The position numbers and the translations under genes are program-made. Source: an uncultured Rikenellaceae bacterium (GTDB lineage: Bacteria; Bacteroidota; Bacteroidia; Bacteroidales; VadinHA17). Taken from it: a stretch of DNA of 64,000 nucleotides. Positions 27,500 through 38,445 of the stretch are shown here, piece after piece (positions within the stretch are counted from its first letter, which is position 1; every line of letters begins with the position of its first letter). The DNA lies in contig CAZXGG010000005.1 in the NCBI GenBank assembly GCA_964640125.1, forward strand, positions 11,416 through 75,415. Direction: 5' to 3'. The notes below the pieces were generated by a model. That model saw only the letters and a program-made list of their open reading frames with translations. It ran no database searches and was not told where the DNA came from.

Positions 27500-28633
27500 A
27501 TGAACTTGAAACAACCGAAAACGATCTTGTATTGTCCGCTTGACTGGGGCTTGGGGCATGCCAGCAGGGGGATATTCCTGATCCGGAAATTTCTTGACAG
27601 GGGATTCGAGGTTATTCTTGCAGCCGATGGTGAGCCCCTTGCCTTGTTACAGAACGAATTTCCACAACTCGGCTGGATCCAATTCACCTCGTTCAGAATA
27701 CGTTATACAAAAAGAATTCCACTCCTGATCAAACTCCTCTTTTACCTGCCTGTGATGTTGATCGGTATTAATAAGGAACACCGGGAATTGAAACGGATTC
27801 TCAGGGAATATGCCATTGATATTGTCATTTCAGATAACCGATACGGACTGTGGAACAGGCATGTGTTAACAATCTTTATTATCCATCAGGTTGCAATCCA
27901 GCTTCCTGCCTGGTTATCCTGGTTTCAATATCCCTTATACCGGTTAAGTTGTAACCAGATCCGGAAATTCAATTATGCCTGGATCCCTGATGTTCCCGGG
28001 GAAAAGAGCCTGACAGGCGAACTTTCGCAAAAATATCACCTTCCGGAGAATGCACGGTTTACAGGCATCTTTTCACGGTTTATGTATGATGATCCCGGAT
28101 CGCTTGATCATTCAGTCGCCAACTACGACCTGCTGGTGATCCTATCCGGGCCGGAACCGCAACGAACCATACTGGAAGAAAAAATCTGTAACCAGCTCAA
28201 AATGAGTCGTCTTAAAACTTTGATTGTAAGGGGCTTACCCTCCCATACAGATGAGTTTTCACCATCTGATAATCTCACCCTCGTATCTCATCTTCCTTCA
28301 AACAAACTGAGAGTCCTTATCAAAGCATCCAAGATGGTTATCACCCGATCGGGATACTCGACCATCATGGATCTGATTGCATTGAGAAAAACTGCGCTTT
28401 TGATACCAACACCAGGACAGACGGAACAGCAATACCTTGGTAAAAGAATGGAACAAAAGAAATATTTTCACTGTTTGGACCAGCGTGATTTTGATCTAAG
28501 TAAAGCCATTGCTTACGGGTACGATTACACCATTCCGTTTTCTGTTAACCATCACCTCATCGATCGTGCAATAAACGATCTCATGAGATGCCTCAGCCTA
28601 TCCGAAGAGAAGGCTATAAACTCCTGTGAATAA
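27500..28633 (+). CDS. Glycosyltransferase, GT-B fold (GT28/MurG-like family)
   Basis: ILYCPLDWGLGHASRGIFLIRKF N-terminal motif and C-terminal ITRSGYSTIMDL...PTPGQTEQ nucleotide-sugar binding region. Confidence 0.65.
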   Translation: MNLKQPKTILYCPLDWGLGHASRGIFLIRKFLDRGFEVILAADGEPLALLQNEFPQLGWIQFTSFRIRYTKRIPLLIKLLFYLPVMLIGINKEHRELKRILREYAIDIVISDNRYGLWNRHVLTIFIIHQVAIQLPAWLSWFQYPLYRLSCNQIRKFNYAWIPDVPGEKSLTGELSQKYHLPENARFTGIFSRFMYDDPGSLDHSVANYDLLVILSGPEPQRTILEEKICNQLKMSRLKTLIVRGLPSHTDEFSPSDNLTLVSHLPSNKLRVLIKASKMVITRSGYSTIMDLIALRKTALLIPTPGQTEQQYLGKRMEQKKYFHCLDQRDFDLSKAIAYGYDYTIPFSVNHHLIDRAINDLMRCLSLSEEKAINSCE

Positions 28634-28639
28634 GCCGTT

Positions 28640-29248
28640 TCAGGTAATAAGCAGTATGGCAGAAACGGTGGCAAATCCGAGAAGAAAACCGGAATAAATC
28701 TGCAGCGAGTTATGAGAATTCAGCTGCAACCTGGCATATCCTGTTAACCCGGCAAAAAGAATCAGAACCATCCAAATGGTTTTAAGATCAACGCCCAAAC
28801 GATATGAAAATAGGATGACTGCTCCGATTAAACCACCAATCCCAAGCATGTGAATGGAGATTTTCCACCGGATGGAAACGAGCAATGCCAGAAAAACGGC
28901 AACAGCGCAGGCGAGCATATAGGATTTTAATACGGGTGGTAGTTGCAGTTTGCTTAAAAACAGGTATCCAAGATAAAAAAAGAGGCTGTTTACCAGCAAG
29001 GGAATGATCCGCTCCCTGTTTGAACGCATATGAATATCCTTAATAATTTTCCGGAAAAGGTAAAACGGGACAAAACTCAGCGGGAGAAGAACCGTACAGA
29101 TCAGAACGATGAGGAAGATGTATTTTTTTGCTTCATAGGGAATAAAGGAAATAAATGTCCCGGAATTGAATAGAATAAGCAATCCATACACCGGCATAAA
29201 CATCGGATGGAAAAGAATGGAAATGGTGACGGGTAGAATGTTTCGCAT
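28640..29248 (-). CDS. Integral membrane protein (6 TM), function unknown (weak PAP2-like character)
   Basis: 202 aa, hydrophobic throughout. SIHMLGIGG and SHNSLQ are only loosely PAP2-like. Confidence 0.45.
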   Translation of the reverse strand: MRNILPVTISILFHPMFMPVYGLLILFNSGTFISFIPYEAKKYIFLIVLICTVLLPLSFVPFYLFRKIIKDIHMRSNRERIIPLLVNSLFFYLGYLFLSKLQLPPVLKSYMLACAVAVFLALLVSIRWKISIHMLGIGGLIGAVILFSYRLGVDLKTIWMVLILFAGLTGYARLQLNSHNSLQIYSGFLLGFATVSAILLIT

Positions 29249-29256
29249 GGGATCGG

Positions 29257-30711
29257 TTACAACTCTTTCCGTAATCTGGCTACTGGAATATTCAACTGTT
29301 CCCTGTACTTGGCAACGGTTCTCCGGGCTATCAGGTATCCTTTTTCCTGAAGAATTTCTGCCAGTTTCTCATCGGTCAGTGGTTTCCTTTTATCCTCTTT
29401 AGTCACACACTCGGAAAGGATCGTTTTAATTTCCCGTGTAGACACTTCCTCTCCCGAGTCCGTTTGCAATCCTTCCGAAAAGAAGTACTTGAGCGGGAAA
29501 ATGCCGAAGTGTGTCTGAATATATTTACTGTTTGCCACGCGGGAGATGGTTGAAATATCGAGGTTTGTCATCTCTGCGATATTCTTCAGGATCATGGGTC
29601 TCATTTTTGTCTCGTCCCCATCAATGAAGTATTCCTCCTGGAACTCTATGATCGCATTCATCGTAAGCAGCAGGGTGTTTTGTCTCTGTTTTATCGCGTC
29701 TATGAACCACTTGGCAGAATCAAGTTTTTGTTTTACAAAACTCACTGCATCCTTTTGCTCCTTGGACTGGCTGTTTTTATGGATGTTATAGGATTCCAGC
29801 ATTTCGCTATAGGTTCTGCTAATTTTCAGTTCAGGAACGTTCCTTGCATTGAGGGACAATTCGAGTGTTCCCTCATTATTATCCAGAATAAAATCAGGAA
29901 TGATATGTTGAATGGTTTTATTCAGGGGGTCGCTGAAAGAGCTTCCTGGTTTAGGGTTAAGTTTCAGGATTTCATCGATCGCCTCCTTCAATTCATCCTC
30001 TGAAATATTCATTCTTGTAATGATCTTCTCATAATGTTTCTTGGTAAACTCCTGAAAGAAATATTTCAAAAGGTGGCGTGCCTGTTTTATGACCGGGTTT
30101 TCCAGATCTTTCCTTTCGATCTGCAGTAAGAGGCATTCCTGTAAGTCTCTTGCTCCCACTCCTGCCGGATCAAGATCCTGAATGATTCTAAGCATCTCAT
30201 GCAACTGCTCCTCTGTTGTTGAAATGTTTTGTGAAAAAGCAAGGTCATCCACAATGTTTTCCAGTTTTCGTCGGAGGTATCCATCCTCATCAATATTTCC
30301 CAGGATATATTGCGCCAATATTTCCTGTTCTTCAGTAAGGCTTCGCAGTCCCATTTGGCTTTCCAGGTAATCGTGAAAGGAAGATCCGACAGAAAATGGT
30401 ATTTCCGGTTTTTTATCTTCCGCTGGTATGTTTCTGGAGGAGAGTTTATATGCCGGTATATCTTCATCGTTCATGTAATCATTCAGCGAAAACTCATCCT
30501 CCTCAATATCCAGATTTTCTTCATTCAAAGTTTCTTCTTCATCTGTTTCCGGTTCATCATCATGTCCCTCCTCCAATACAGGATTCTCCTCCATCTCCTT
30601 TTTGATCCGCTGTTCAAGTTGAATGGTGGGTATTTCAAGCAGCTTGATCATCTGAATCTGCTGCGGAGACAGTTTCTGCAATAACTTCTGTTGTAACTTC
30701 TGTTTTAGCAT
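29257..30711 (-). CDS. rpoN: RNA polymerase sigma-54 factor
   Basis: N-terminal Gln/Leu-rich region I (MLKQKLQQKLLQKLSPQQIQMIKLLE), an acidic region II and the C-terminal RpoN box ARRTVAKYRE. Confidence 0.95.
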   Translation of the reverse strand: MLKQKLQQKLLQKLSPQQIQMIKLLEIPTIQLEQRIKKEMEENPVLEEGHDDEPETDEEETLNEENLDIEEDEFSLNDYMNDEDIPAYKLSSRNIPAEDKKPEIPFSVGSSFHDYLESQMGLRSLTEEQEILAQYILGNIDEDGYLRRKLENIVDDLAFSQNISTTEEQLHEMLRIIQDLDPAGVGARDLQECLLLQIERKDLENPVIKQARHLLKYFFQEFTKKHYEKIITRMNISEDELKEAIDEILKLNPKPGSSFSDPLNKTIQHIIPDFILDNNEGTLELSLNARNVPELKISRTYSEMLESYNIHKNSQSKEQKDAVSFVKQKLDSAKWFIDAIKQRQNTLLLTMNAIIEFQEEYFIDGDETKMRPMILKNIAEMTNLDISTISRVANSKYIQTHFGIFPLKYFFSEGLQTDSGEEVSTREIKTILSECVTKEDKRKPLTDEKLAEILQEKGYLIARRTVAKYREQLNIPVARLRKEL

Positions 30712-30728
30712 AACAAACCGTTGGCAGA

Positions 30729-32123
30729 TTAAAATTCCGCATTTTTAGGCGTTCTTGGAAAGGGGATCACATCCCGGATATTGCCCATCCCGGTAATGAA
30801 AAGGATAAGCCGCTCAAAACCCAATCCAAACCCACTATGTGGCGCAGTACCGAACTTTCGTGTTTCAAGATACCACCAAAGATCCTGTTCAGGGATCTTT
30901 AATTCCCTGATTCGTTGATAGAGTTTATCATACCGCTCTTCCCGCTGCGATCCTCCGATAATTTCGCCAATCTTTGGGAACAATACATCCATTGCCCTTA
31001 CAGTTTTTCCATCCTCGTTTTGCCACATATAAAAAGCCTTAATATCTTTTGGATAATCGGTGAGGATCACGGGGCGCTTAAACTCTTGTTCAACAAGGTA
31101 CCGTTCATGTTCAGCCTGCAGATCAAGGCCCCATTTTACCGGAAATTCAAATGTCTGCCCGGATGCCTGCAACAGGTCAACCGCTTTGGTATATCCCATC
31201 CGTACAAAATCATGCTTAAGAATATTACTCAACCGGTCAAACAATCCTTTATCATACATCTGATTCAGGAATTCGAGATCCGACCAACAATGGTCTAACG
31301 CATAACCTACCAGAAATTTCAACAAATCTTCTGCCAGGTCCATGTTATCATCGATATCGTAAAACGCCATTTCGGGTTCAATCATCCAGAATTCGGCAAG
31401 GTGTCGTGGTGTATTTGAATTTTCCGCTCTGAACGTAGGACCAAAAGTGTAAATTTCGGAAAGTGCAAGAGCACCAATTTCCCCCTCCAGCTGACCTGAA
31501 ACAGTGAGGTTTGTCTCTTTACCGAAAAAGTCTTTCTGGTAATCAACCGACCCATTATTCTTTTTTGGCGGATTAACATCATCCAGCACCGTTACCCTGA
31601 ACATCTCTCCAGCTCCTTCCGCATCCGAACCGGTAATAATGGGAGTGTGGAGATAGACGAATCCATGATCGTTAAAATACTTATGGATGGCAAACGACAT
31701 GGCATGGCGAATGCGAAAAATAGCCCCGAAGGTATTGGTCCTTGGCCTCAGGTGTGCAATCTCCCGGAGGAATTCCAGCGAGTGTCCTTTTTTCTGCAAC
31801 GGGTAACCTTCCGAATCAGCCGTCCCATACAATTCGATATCCTTGGCCTGTATCTCAACGTGCTGCCCCTTCCCCTGCGACTCCACCAACTTACCGGTTA
31901 CCGCAATACAGGATCCTGTTGTGATCTTCTTCAATAAATCCTCATCAAATTTTGAGGTGTCTGCCACAATCTGGATATGATGGATTACCGAACCATCGTT
32001 AAGTGCAATGAAGACTACGTGACCGGTTCCCCTCTTGGTCCGGACCCACCCCTTAACATGAACCTCTTTACCATAACCTTTCGAGTCAAGTAACTCTCTT
32101 ACCTTGTTCCTGCTCCTTATCAT
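30729..32123 (-). CDS. asnS: Asparagine--tRNA ligase
   Basis: Class II motifs FRAE, GGSQRE and [27 protein letters not shown]. 464 aa. Confidence 0.95.
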   Translation of the reverse strand: MIRSRNKVRELLDSKGYGKEVHVKGWVRTKRGTGHVVFIALNDGSVIHHIQIVADTSKFDEDLLKKITTGSCIAVTGKLVESQGKGQHVEIQAKDIELYGTADSEGYPLQKKGHSLEFLREIAHLRPRTNTFGAIFRIRHAMSFAIHKYFNDHGFVYLHTPIITGSDAEGAGEMFRVTVLDDVNPPKKNNGSVDYQKDFFGKETNLTVSGQLEGEIGALALSEIYTFGPTFRAENSNTPRHLAEFWMIEPEMAFYDIDDNMDLAEDLLKFLVGYALDHCWSDLEFLNQMYDKGLFDRLSNILKHDFVRMGYTKAVDLLQASGQTFEFPVKWGLDLQAEHERYLVEQEFKRPVILTDYPKDIKAFYMWQNEDGKTVRAMDVLFPKIGEIIGGSQREERYDKLYQRIRELKIPEQDLWWYLETRKFGTAPHSGFGLGFERLILFITGMGNIRDVIPFPRTPKNAEF

Positions 32124-32487
32124 ATCGTAATATAACTTGAAAATAAAGTATAAAAATAAGACTTTTGGACTAAGAAACTCAATTTATATCAATTTATAAA
32201 CCCTCCTGGTAATTTTTGGCCTGATTTTTGAAAACGCCAAAGAAGGAAGACTCAGGTTTGCACCTGTTCGTGAAATGAGTTGATGGCGAAAACCCGTTGT
32301 TTCTCTTCCTGTTTTACTGCATGTAGGAAGGGAATGCTATCCAGATAAATGCTGGAATGCGATCCAATTGCCATCTCTGATAAATCTGCTTCAAAACACT
32401 AAGATTCGAAATAAATCGTTATTATACTACATTTTTTAAAACTAAAAAATAAAGTACTTTTGCAAGCACAATGTTAAAGAAACTGAG

Positions 32488-33333
32488 ATGGAAAAGGATA
32501 GCAAATTGATTGTGATACCCTGGGATTTTACAAAAGTAGCTGAAAACGCATTGGTTCATGGGGTTAAAATCGCGAAGATGGTGGACAACGAATTGCGCTT
32601 ATTGCACATTGTTGACAAGAAGCTGGATACGGCGAAAAAAGAGGAAGTTACAAACCGGTTGAATGAAATTGCTGGAAAGACAGAGCGGATTTACAATGTC
32701 AAGGTCGATTCATTTATCATGCAGGGAAACATTTTTAATGCGATTTCCAAATATGTATCGGACATACAGGCGAATCTGGTCATCATGGGGACTCATGGGA
32801 TGAAGGGAATGCAGAAAATTACCGGAAGCTGGGCACTGAAAGTAATTGCAGGATCTAAAGTTCCGTTCATAGTAGTGCAGGATCCACCGGAGGATATGTC
32901 AAAATATCAAAATATTCTTTTCCCAATCGATTTTAAAATGGAGCAAAAGGAAAAATTGCATTGGGCCATATTCATGAGTAAATATTTTGATTCAAAAATC
33001 CATATTCTGCAGGCGGCAACACAGGACAAATCGTTGTTGAAAAAACAAAAAGTGAATCTTAACTTCGCCATCAAATTCCTGATTCAAAACAGGATCGACT
33101 ATGAAATCCATACGATTGAAAAAAGCGGGAATTTTGCCAAAGATTCCATCAAGTTTGCACAGGATAAAAAGATTGACCTGGTCATCATCATGACCACCAA
33201 GAACATCAATTTTAGTGATTATGTTGTGGGAGCGCATGAGCAATACATCATTGCGAACAGCTCTCATATACCAGTAATGTGCATCAATCCGAAAGCAAAT
33301 TACGCCAAGGTTGCACAATACATGTATGGATAA
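32488..33333 (+). CDS. Universal stress protein (tandem UspA domains)
   Basis: Two USP-like halves (LVIMGTHGMKG...; DLVIIMTTKN...). 281 aa. A TACTTTTG -7 box at 32455-32462 lies upstream. Confidence 0.7.
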   Translation: MEKDSKLIVIPWDFTKVAENALVHGVKIAKMVDNELRLLHIVDKKLDTAKKEEVTNRLNEIAGKTERIYNVKVDSFIMQGNIFNAISKYVSDIQANLVIMGTHGMKGMQKITGSWALKVIAGSKVPFIVVQDPPEDMSKYQNILFPIDFKMEQKEKLHWAIFMSKYFDSKIHILQAATQDKSLLKKQKVNLNFAIKFLIQNRIDYEIHTIEKSGNFAKDSIKFAQDKKIDLVIIMTTKNINFSDYVVGAHEQYIIANSSHIPVMCINPKANYAKVAQYMYG

Positions 33334-33366
33334 CCCCATTCCCCGATTCAGGTACAATCAAAGAAT

Positions 33367-35034
33367 TTATTCTTTCTTGGGGATAAGGTAGGTGGTCAGC
33401 ACGGCCGTTACCAGAGCTACAATAAAGGTAAATAATCTGGCTGTTAATCCTTTCTGTGTAAAGGTTGTAACCAGTACCGGCAGTTTCTCTTCAACAACCC
33501 GTTCTGTTGCGGTTTCAGTAAATTTCTCCTCCAGGATCCGTTCAAATTTTGTGACACTGATGTATTTCTGGTCCAACAAATCAACAAAACCCGATGCTTG
33601 TTCTCCGGAAATGACCTCTGCCTCCACCAGGGATGAGAGTTTAATATCCGTCACCCGGTAATGCTGCTCAAATCCTGCACTCATCCAAAATATGGTAAAC
33701 AGCAAACCGGTAATAATGGTCGCAATGACAGCCCGGCCATGAAACCGTTTCCAGAAGAGTGAAAAGATGATCACCACTGAAAAAGTACATCCAATTCCGG
33801 CCCACACGTAGCTTACCAGTGTAAAGATTAATCGGGAGGGAGAAACGTACGCCAGGGCAAGAGCTATAACAGCAAGTGAAGCAGTAACAATGCGGGACCT
33901 GCGCAGTCCTTTTATCCTCCCGGTATCCAGGTCTTTGCCAAACGATGGCTTAATGAGGTTTTCCGACATTTCCGTTGCGGAGAGGATAAGCAACGAGTCA
34001 GCCGTTGATATCATAGCCGCGATAGCTCCGGTAATCAGGATAGCAGCAATCGCCGGTGGAAACAGTTCCAGTAGAACCGCAGGCATAACATATTCCGGAT
34101 CATCCAATCCTTTTGGCCCGAATAAAGCAATTCCGATCCATCCCAGTGAGAGTGCGCCAACATAAGCAATGAGGGTCCATGCGATACCAATATCTCTTCC
34201 CCTCTTTGCCTGCCTGGGATCTTTGATTGCCATGAACCGCATGCTCAGCTGTGGCTGACCACCCAGGTAGCCAAAGAACCATGCAAACCCACCCATTATG
34301 ATCAATCCTGCACTGAAGCCCCGGGCAGCCCCGGTCAGTGAGGTATAGGTTGGTCCCGCACCGGCTAATGCCTCCGGGATCGATTGGGCAAAGAGCCCCG
34401 CATGTGAAGAGAGATAAATGATACCGACAATGGGTCCAATGATCAGGGTAATAATCATTATAATAGCCTGAATCACATCGGTATACACCACACTTCGAAA
34501 TCCACCGTATATGGTATAGGGAACAATGACGGCTGCCGTGATTAACATGCCGAGGTTTGCATCAATATCAAAGATGGTGTGGAGTGTTTTCCCACCCCCG
34601 AGAAACTGTGCTCCAACATAGAAGAAAAAGAAGAAAACAATAGTAAAACTACCGATGATCCGTATCCATTTCCCCACTTCACCGTGTTTCCTGGCAATAA
34701 ATTCGGTGAAGGTGGATACCTGGTAGGATTCGGCTAAATCCCTCAACCTCCAGGCAATCACCGCCCAGGCTGTGACAATGCCAACAACACACCCCAATGC
34801 AGTCCAGATTTCAGTAAGACCCATGGCATATGCAGCACCGGGCAACCCGAGTAAAGCCCAGGAAGATTCTCCGGTAGCCCGCTCAGACAGGGCAGCAACC
34901 CACCCTGGCAATTGCCTGCCCGCAATGGCATAGTCGACATCGGATTTTACCTTCCTTCCCTGGTATAAACCCCATAATATCAAAAGGGTCATGTAGATCA
35001 CCATGACCAGGAGTATCTGTAGCTGTTGATCCAT
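33367..35034 (-). CDS. Sodium:solute symporter family (SSF) transporter with a C-terminal extension
   Basis: GGFRSVVYTDVIQ and a multi-TM SSF architecture, plus about 100 extra C-terminal residues ending in another TM helix. Confidence 0.85.
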   Translation of the reverse strand: MDQQLQILLVMVIYMTLLILWGLYQGRKVKSDVDYAIAGRQLPGWVAALSERATGESSWALLGLPGAAYAMGLTEIWTALGCVVGIVTAWAVIAWRLRDLAESYQVSTFTEFIARKHGEVGKWIRIIGSFTIVFFFFFYVGAQFLGGGKTLHTIFDIDANLGMLITAAVIVPYTIYGGFRSVVYTDVIQAIIMIITLIIGPIVGIIYLSSHAGLFAQSIPEALAGAGPTYTSLTGAARGFSAGLIIMGGFAWFFGYLGGQPQLSMRFMAIKDPRQAKRGRDIGIAWTLIAYVGALSLGWIGIALFGPKGLDDPEYVMPAVLLELFPPAIAAILITGAIAAMISTADSLLILSATEMSENLIKPSFGKDLDTGRIKGLRRSRIVTASLAVIALALAYVSPSRLIFTLVSYVWAGIGCTFSVVIIFSLFWKRFHGRAVIATIITGLLFTIFWMSAGFEQHYRVTDIKLSSLVEAEVISGEQASGFVDLLDQKYISVTKFERILEEKFTETATERVVEEKLPVLVTTFTQKGLTARLFTFIVALVTAVLTTYLIPKKE

Positions 35035-35214
35035 GTTTGTGCTCTTTAGTTACCCGAAAAGAAGAACAGTGCATCCAACATACCGCATGAAAGATGCCTT
35101 GATGCTCAACAGCCCTAAAGATATCAAGTTCGTTGAAAATTTAAAACTTAGGCATAAAAAAAGGCCATCCAGCGCACCGGACAGCCCCATTCCACGTAAG
35201 ATCCATCAATTGGC

Positions 35215-35724
35215 CTATTTCTTCATCGCCCAATACGAGCGGTCCATCATCCATTGTTCTAACCGGCTCGATGGTTCAGTGGTGACATGCTGAATAAAAT
35301 CCGCTGCATACATCCAGCTTGCCAACTCGATCTCCGGTTCCTTCTCCGGTTTCTCTAAAATTCCCAGGTCTGATTCAAGCAATTCCCGTAAATCATCCCT
35401 TTGCATTGTCTCTTCACGCGGTGGTACGCTGTTTGTCTCCTTTGTCTTGTGTATCCAGAAATCCCGGTCATGCATCCACCGTTCAATAAGAATCTCACGC
35501 TCAACATACATTTCGAAATCTATCTTCTCCAGGGTCTTTCGCTCAAGATGACAATTGATTCCTGCATTATCTATACCAAGAACCAGCATCTTTAACGAGG
35601 TCATTTCAGAACGATCCGGTAATACATCAAAACCCTGTGCACCCAATGTCACAGGCAAAAACAGAAAAACAAATAGTAATCCCGATAACCTGTATACTCT
35701 ATTGAAACTTGTTAAAATTTTCAT
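35215..35724 (-). CDS. Small secreted protein of unknown function with repeated WMxDRxxW motifs
   Basis: Signal peptide (LLFVFLFLPVTLGAQG). ERWMHDRDFWIHK and EQWMMDRSYWAMKK repeats. Confidence 0.5.
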   Translation of the reverse strand: MKILTSFNRVYRLSGLLFVFLFLPVTLGAQGFDVLPDRSEMTSLKMLVLGIDNAGINCHLERKTLEKIDFEMYVEREILIERWMHDRDFWIHKTKETNSVPPREETMQRDDLRELLESDLGILEKPEKEPEIELASWMYAADFIQHVTTEPSSRLEQWMMDRSYWAMKK

Positions 35725-36008
35725 GATCTCTTCATTTTATTGCCCTTCCGTTGCTCACATCACTCCTGTTCATAAACCAATCCTCACGTATTGTGCCAAA
35801 CTCATTATATTATTATCATAGAGAACGTTAACTGCCTTTTAATGGTTTGTTAATTTGTGTTAAAAACGACCAGAAGTGTGCAGAAGTGTTCAAAATCGTA
35901 CAGTGCGTTAGAAAAGCAGAACCGGCGCAGGGTGTCATTCACCTGCGAGAGATTACAGCCTTATTATCATTTTGATTATTTTTGGATGTTGAAACTTCAT
36001 CCGCTACC

Positions 36009-36923
36009 ATGTCCATCATTGCAAAATCAGTAACAAAGCGTTTCGGGAAGCAGAAAGCCCTGGATGATGTCTCCTTTGATATACAGTCGGGGGAAGTAGT
36101 TGGTTTCCTTGGTCCCAATGGTGCTGGTAAATCGACCATGATGAAGATCATCACCGGTTTCCTTCCGCAGACTTCAGGGCAGGTCCTGGTTAACCAATGG
36201 GATGTAATCGAAAAATCGGTTGAAGTCCGCAGGGTAATTGGTTATCTACCCGAAAACACACCCCTCTACCCTGAAATGTATGTCAGGGAATACCTGAAGT
36301 TTGTTGCCGGTATGTACAGGATGGGAAAACGTACAGACATCCGGATCCGTGAAATGATCGGTATGACCGGACTCGAACCGGAACAGCACAAGAAAATCGG
36401 TGCCCTGTCGAAAGGATACCGTCAGCGTGTCGGTTTAGCACAAGCACTGATCCATGATCCCGAGGTGCTGGTCCTGGATGAACCAACCTCCGGCCTCGAT
36501 CCAAACCAGATCATCGAGATCCGAAACCTGATTTCCGAAGCCGGAAGGGAAAAGACCGTGATGCTCTCCACCCATATCATGCAGGAGGTGGAAGCCATCT
36601 GTGACCGGGTCATCATCATCAACAAAGGGAAAATTGTTGCGGATGACCAAAAAGAAAAAATCCATTCAATCCTTGCGGAAAACGTTCAGACCATACAGGT
36701 CGAATTCAGCGAAGCTCCTGATCAACAGGCACTGGAAAGCCTCGACGGCGTGAACCGGGTTGCCTTTGTCAGGGAACACATCTGGCTGGTACAAAGCAGT
36801 GCAGACCGGGATATCCGGAAAGATATCTTCGATTTTGCCGTCAGGAATAAGTTGACAGTCCTCTCCATGCAAAAACAGGAAAAAAAACTGGAAGAACTTT
36901 TTCAGGAACTGACCCGAAATTAA
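36009..36923 (+). CDS. gldA: ABC transporter ATP-binding protein, GldA-like (gliding-motility-associated)
   Basis: Walker A GPNGAGKST, signature LSKGYRQRV and Walker B VLVLDEPTSGLD. The MYVREYL / LSTHIMQEVEAICDRVIIINKGKIVAD blocks resemble Flavobacterium GldA as I remember it. Start taken at ATG 36009. Confidence 0.6.
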   Translation: MSIIAKSVTKRFGKQKALDDVSFDIQSGEVVGFLGPNGAGKSTMMKIITGFLPQTSGQVLVNQWDVIEKSVEVRRVIGYLPENTPLYPEMYVREYLKFVAGMYRMGKRTDIRIREMIGMTGLEPEQHKKIGALSKGYRQRVGLAQALIHDPEVLVLDEPTSGLDPNQIIEIRNLISEAGREKTVMLSTHIMQEVEAICDRVIIINKGKIVADDQKEKIHSILAENVQTIQVEFSEAPDQQALESLDGVNRVAFVREHIWLVQSSADRDIRKDIFDFAVRNKLTVLSMQKQEKKLEELFQELTRN

Positions 36924-36930
36924 CCATCGG

Positions 36931-36967
36931 TTTGGACAAAGATTTGGTATCTTTCCAAATTATTGTT
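36931..36967 (+). terminator. Possible terminator after the gldA-like gene
   Basis: TTTGG-AC-AAAGAT ... ATCTTT-CCAAA bulged stem followed by TTATTGTTT. Confidence 0.4.
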
Positions 36968-37104
36968 TCATTTGCATTTCACAACTATCAGTGGAAAGAT
37001 TTGACTGATTGCAACCACAGAAAAAAATGCTAAAACAGTATCCGTTTTTGCTTTCCAGTCAATCACCCGCTAGTCTTTGTTAACATCTTTAATACCAATG
37101 AATT

Positions 37105-38445
37105 ATGTCATACTTATTTACTTCTGAATCTGTCTCGGAGGGACATCCTGACAAAGTAGCCGATCAGATCTCAGATGCATTGCTGGATGAATTCCTGAAA
37201 CAGGATCCGGAATCGAAAGTCGCCTGTGAAACAATGGTCACCACCGGTCTGGTGGTTTGCAGCGGTGAAGTAAGAACCAATGGATGGGTTGATGTGCAGC
37301 AGGTTGTCAGGAGGGTAATCAGGGATATCGGGTATACAAAAGCTGCCTATAAGTTTGAGGCTGAATCGTGCGGAATCATCTCCACCATTCACGAACAATC
37401 ATCCGATATTACACAGGGAGTTATCCGTGAAAAGGAGGAGGATCAGGGAGCAGGTGACCAGGGAATGATGTTCGGGTATGCCAACCGCGATATGGACAAC
37501 GGGATGCCGCTGCCAATGGAGCTATCCCATATCCTCCTGCAGGAACTTGCGGCCATTCGCAAGGAGGGTAAGGAGATGACCTACCTCCGGCCCGATTCTA
37601 AATCACAGGTTACCATCGAATACGAAGATAACGGCAGACCAAAGTCAATCGATACCATCGTAATATCCACCCAGCACGACGAGTTTATTAAACCGGCTTC
37701 ACCCTCTATAACTGATTGCCGGAAAGCACAGGAGGCAATGCAGGCAACGATACGGAAAGACCTGCAGGAGATCCTGATACCACGGGTTAAGAAAAGCGTT
37801 CCTGACCGGATCAAAGTACTGTTCACTAATGGTTACCACTTCCTGGTAAATCCTACCGGGAACTTTGTGATCGGCGGTCCCCACGGGGACACAGGACTGA
37901 CCGGTCGAAAGATTGTGGTGGATACCTACGGGGGCATGGCACCACATGGTGGCGGAGCATTTTCAGGTAAGGATGCCTCGAAAGTCGATCGCTCAGCAGC
38001 CTATGCTGCACGACACATTGCCAATAATCTGGTGGCTGCCGGCGTGGCAAATGAAGTGCTGGTCCAACTCGCATATGCCATCGGAGTTGCAGAACCAGTT
38101 GGTATCTATGTCAATACTTTCGGAAGCTGTAAGATCGGAAAAGTTACCAGTCCGGCCGAGTGCGATGGAGAGATCGCTACAAAAATTGAGCAGATTTTCG
38201 ATCTTAGACCTTATGCCATCATCAAACGGTTCGGATTGAAAAATCCTATTTTTGAACGAACAGCCACCTACGGACACTTCGGACGCTCCCATTACCGGGA
38301 AGAGGTGGAAGTCTCCTATCAGGGAGAAGGTGTCACGGAAAAGGATATCGACGGTGAAACACATTACTTCAAGGAAGTCGAATACTTTGCATGGGAAAAA
38401 TTGGACTATGTCGATCGGATTAAAGAGGCATTTCAAATTACCTGA
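37105..38445 (+). CDS. metK: Methionine adenosyltransferase (SAM synthetase), long Bacteroidetes-type form
   Basis: [58 protein letters not shown] and GGGAFSGKD. 446 aa with an internal insert and a C-terminal extension. Confidence 0.95.
   Translation: MSYLFTSESVSEGHPDKVADQISDALLDEFLKQDPESKVACETMVTTGLVVCSGEVRTNGWVDVQQVVRRVIRDIGYTKAAYKFEAESCGIISTIHEQSSDITQGVIREKEEDQGAGDQGMMFGYANRDMDNGMPLPMELSHILLQELAAIRKEGKEMTYLRPDSKSQVTIEYEDNGRPKSIDTIVISTQHDEFIKPASPSITDCRKAQEAMQATIRKDLQEILIPRVKKSVPDRIKVLFTNGYHFLVNPTGNFVIGGPHGDTGLTGRKIVVDTYGGMAPHGGGAFSGKDASKVDRSAAYAARHIANNLVAAGVANEVLVQLAYAIGVAEPVGIYVNTFGSCKIGKVTSPAECDGEIATKIEQIFDLRPYAIIKRFGLKNPIFERTATYGHFGRSHYREEVEVSYQGEGVTEKDIDGETHYFKEVEYFAWEKLDYVDRIKEAFQIT

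Noticed and set aside
35939-36154. 71-aa minus-strand ORF overlapping the start of the gldA-like gene
   Set aside because: It reads as the reverse complement of the Walker A region (…LGPRKPTT…), a typical antisense artefact of ABC ATPase genes.
36924-37104. Canonical SAM-I riboswitch upstream of metK
   Set aside because: GCAACC and UGCUAAAAC words are present, but no P3 helix can form between them and there is no P2/k-turn or P1 closing helix. It is reported only as an unusual leader.
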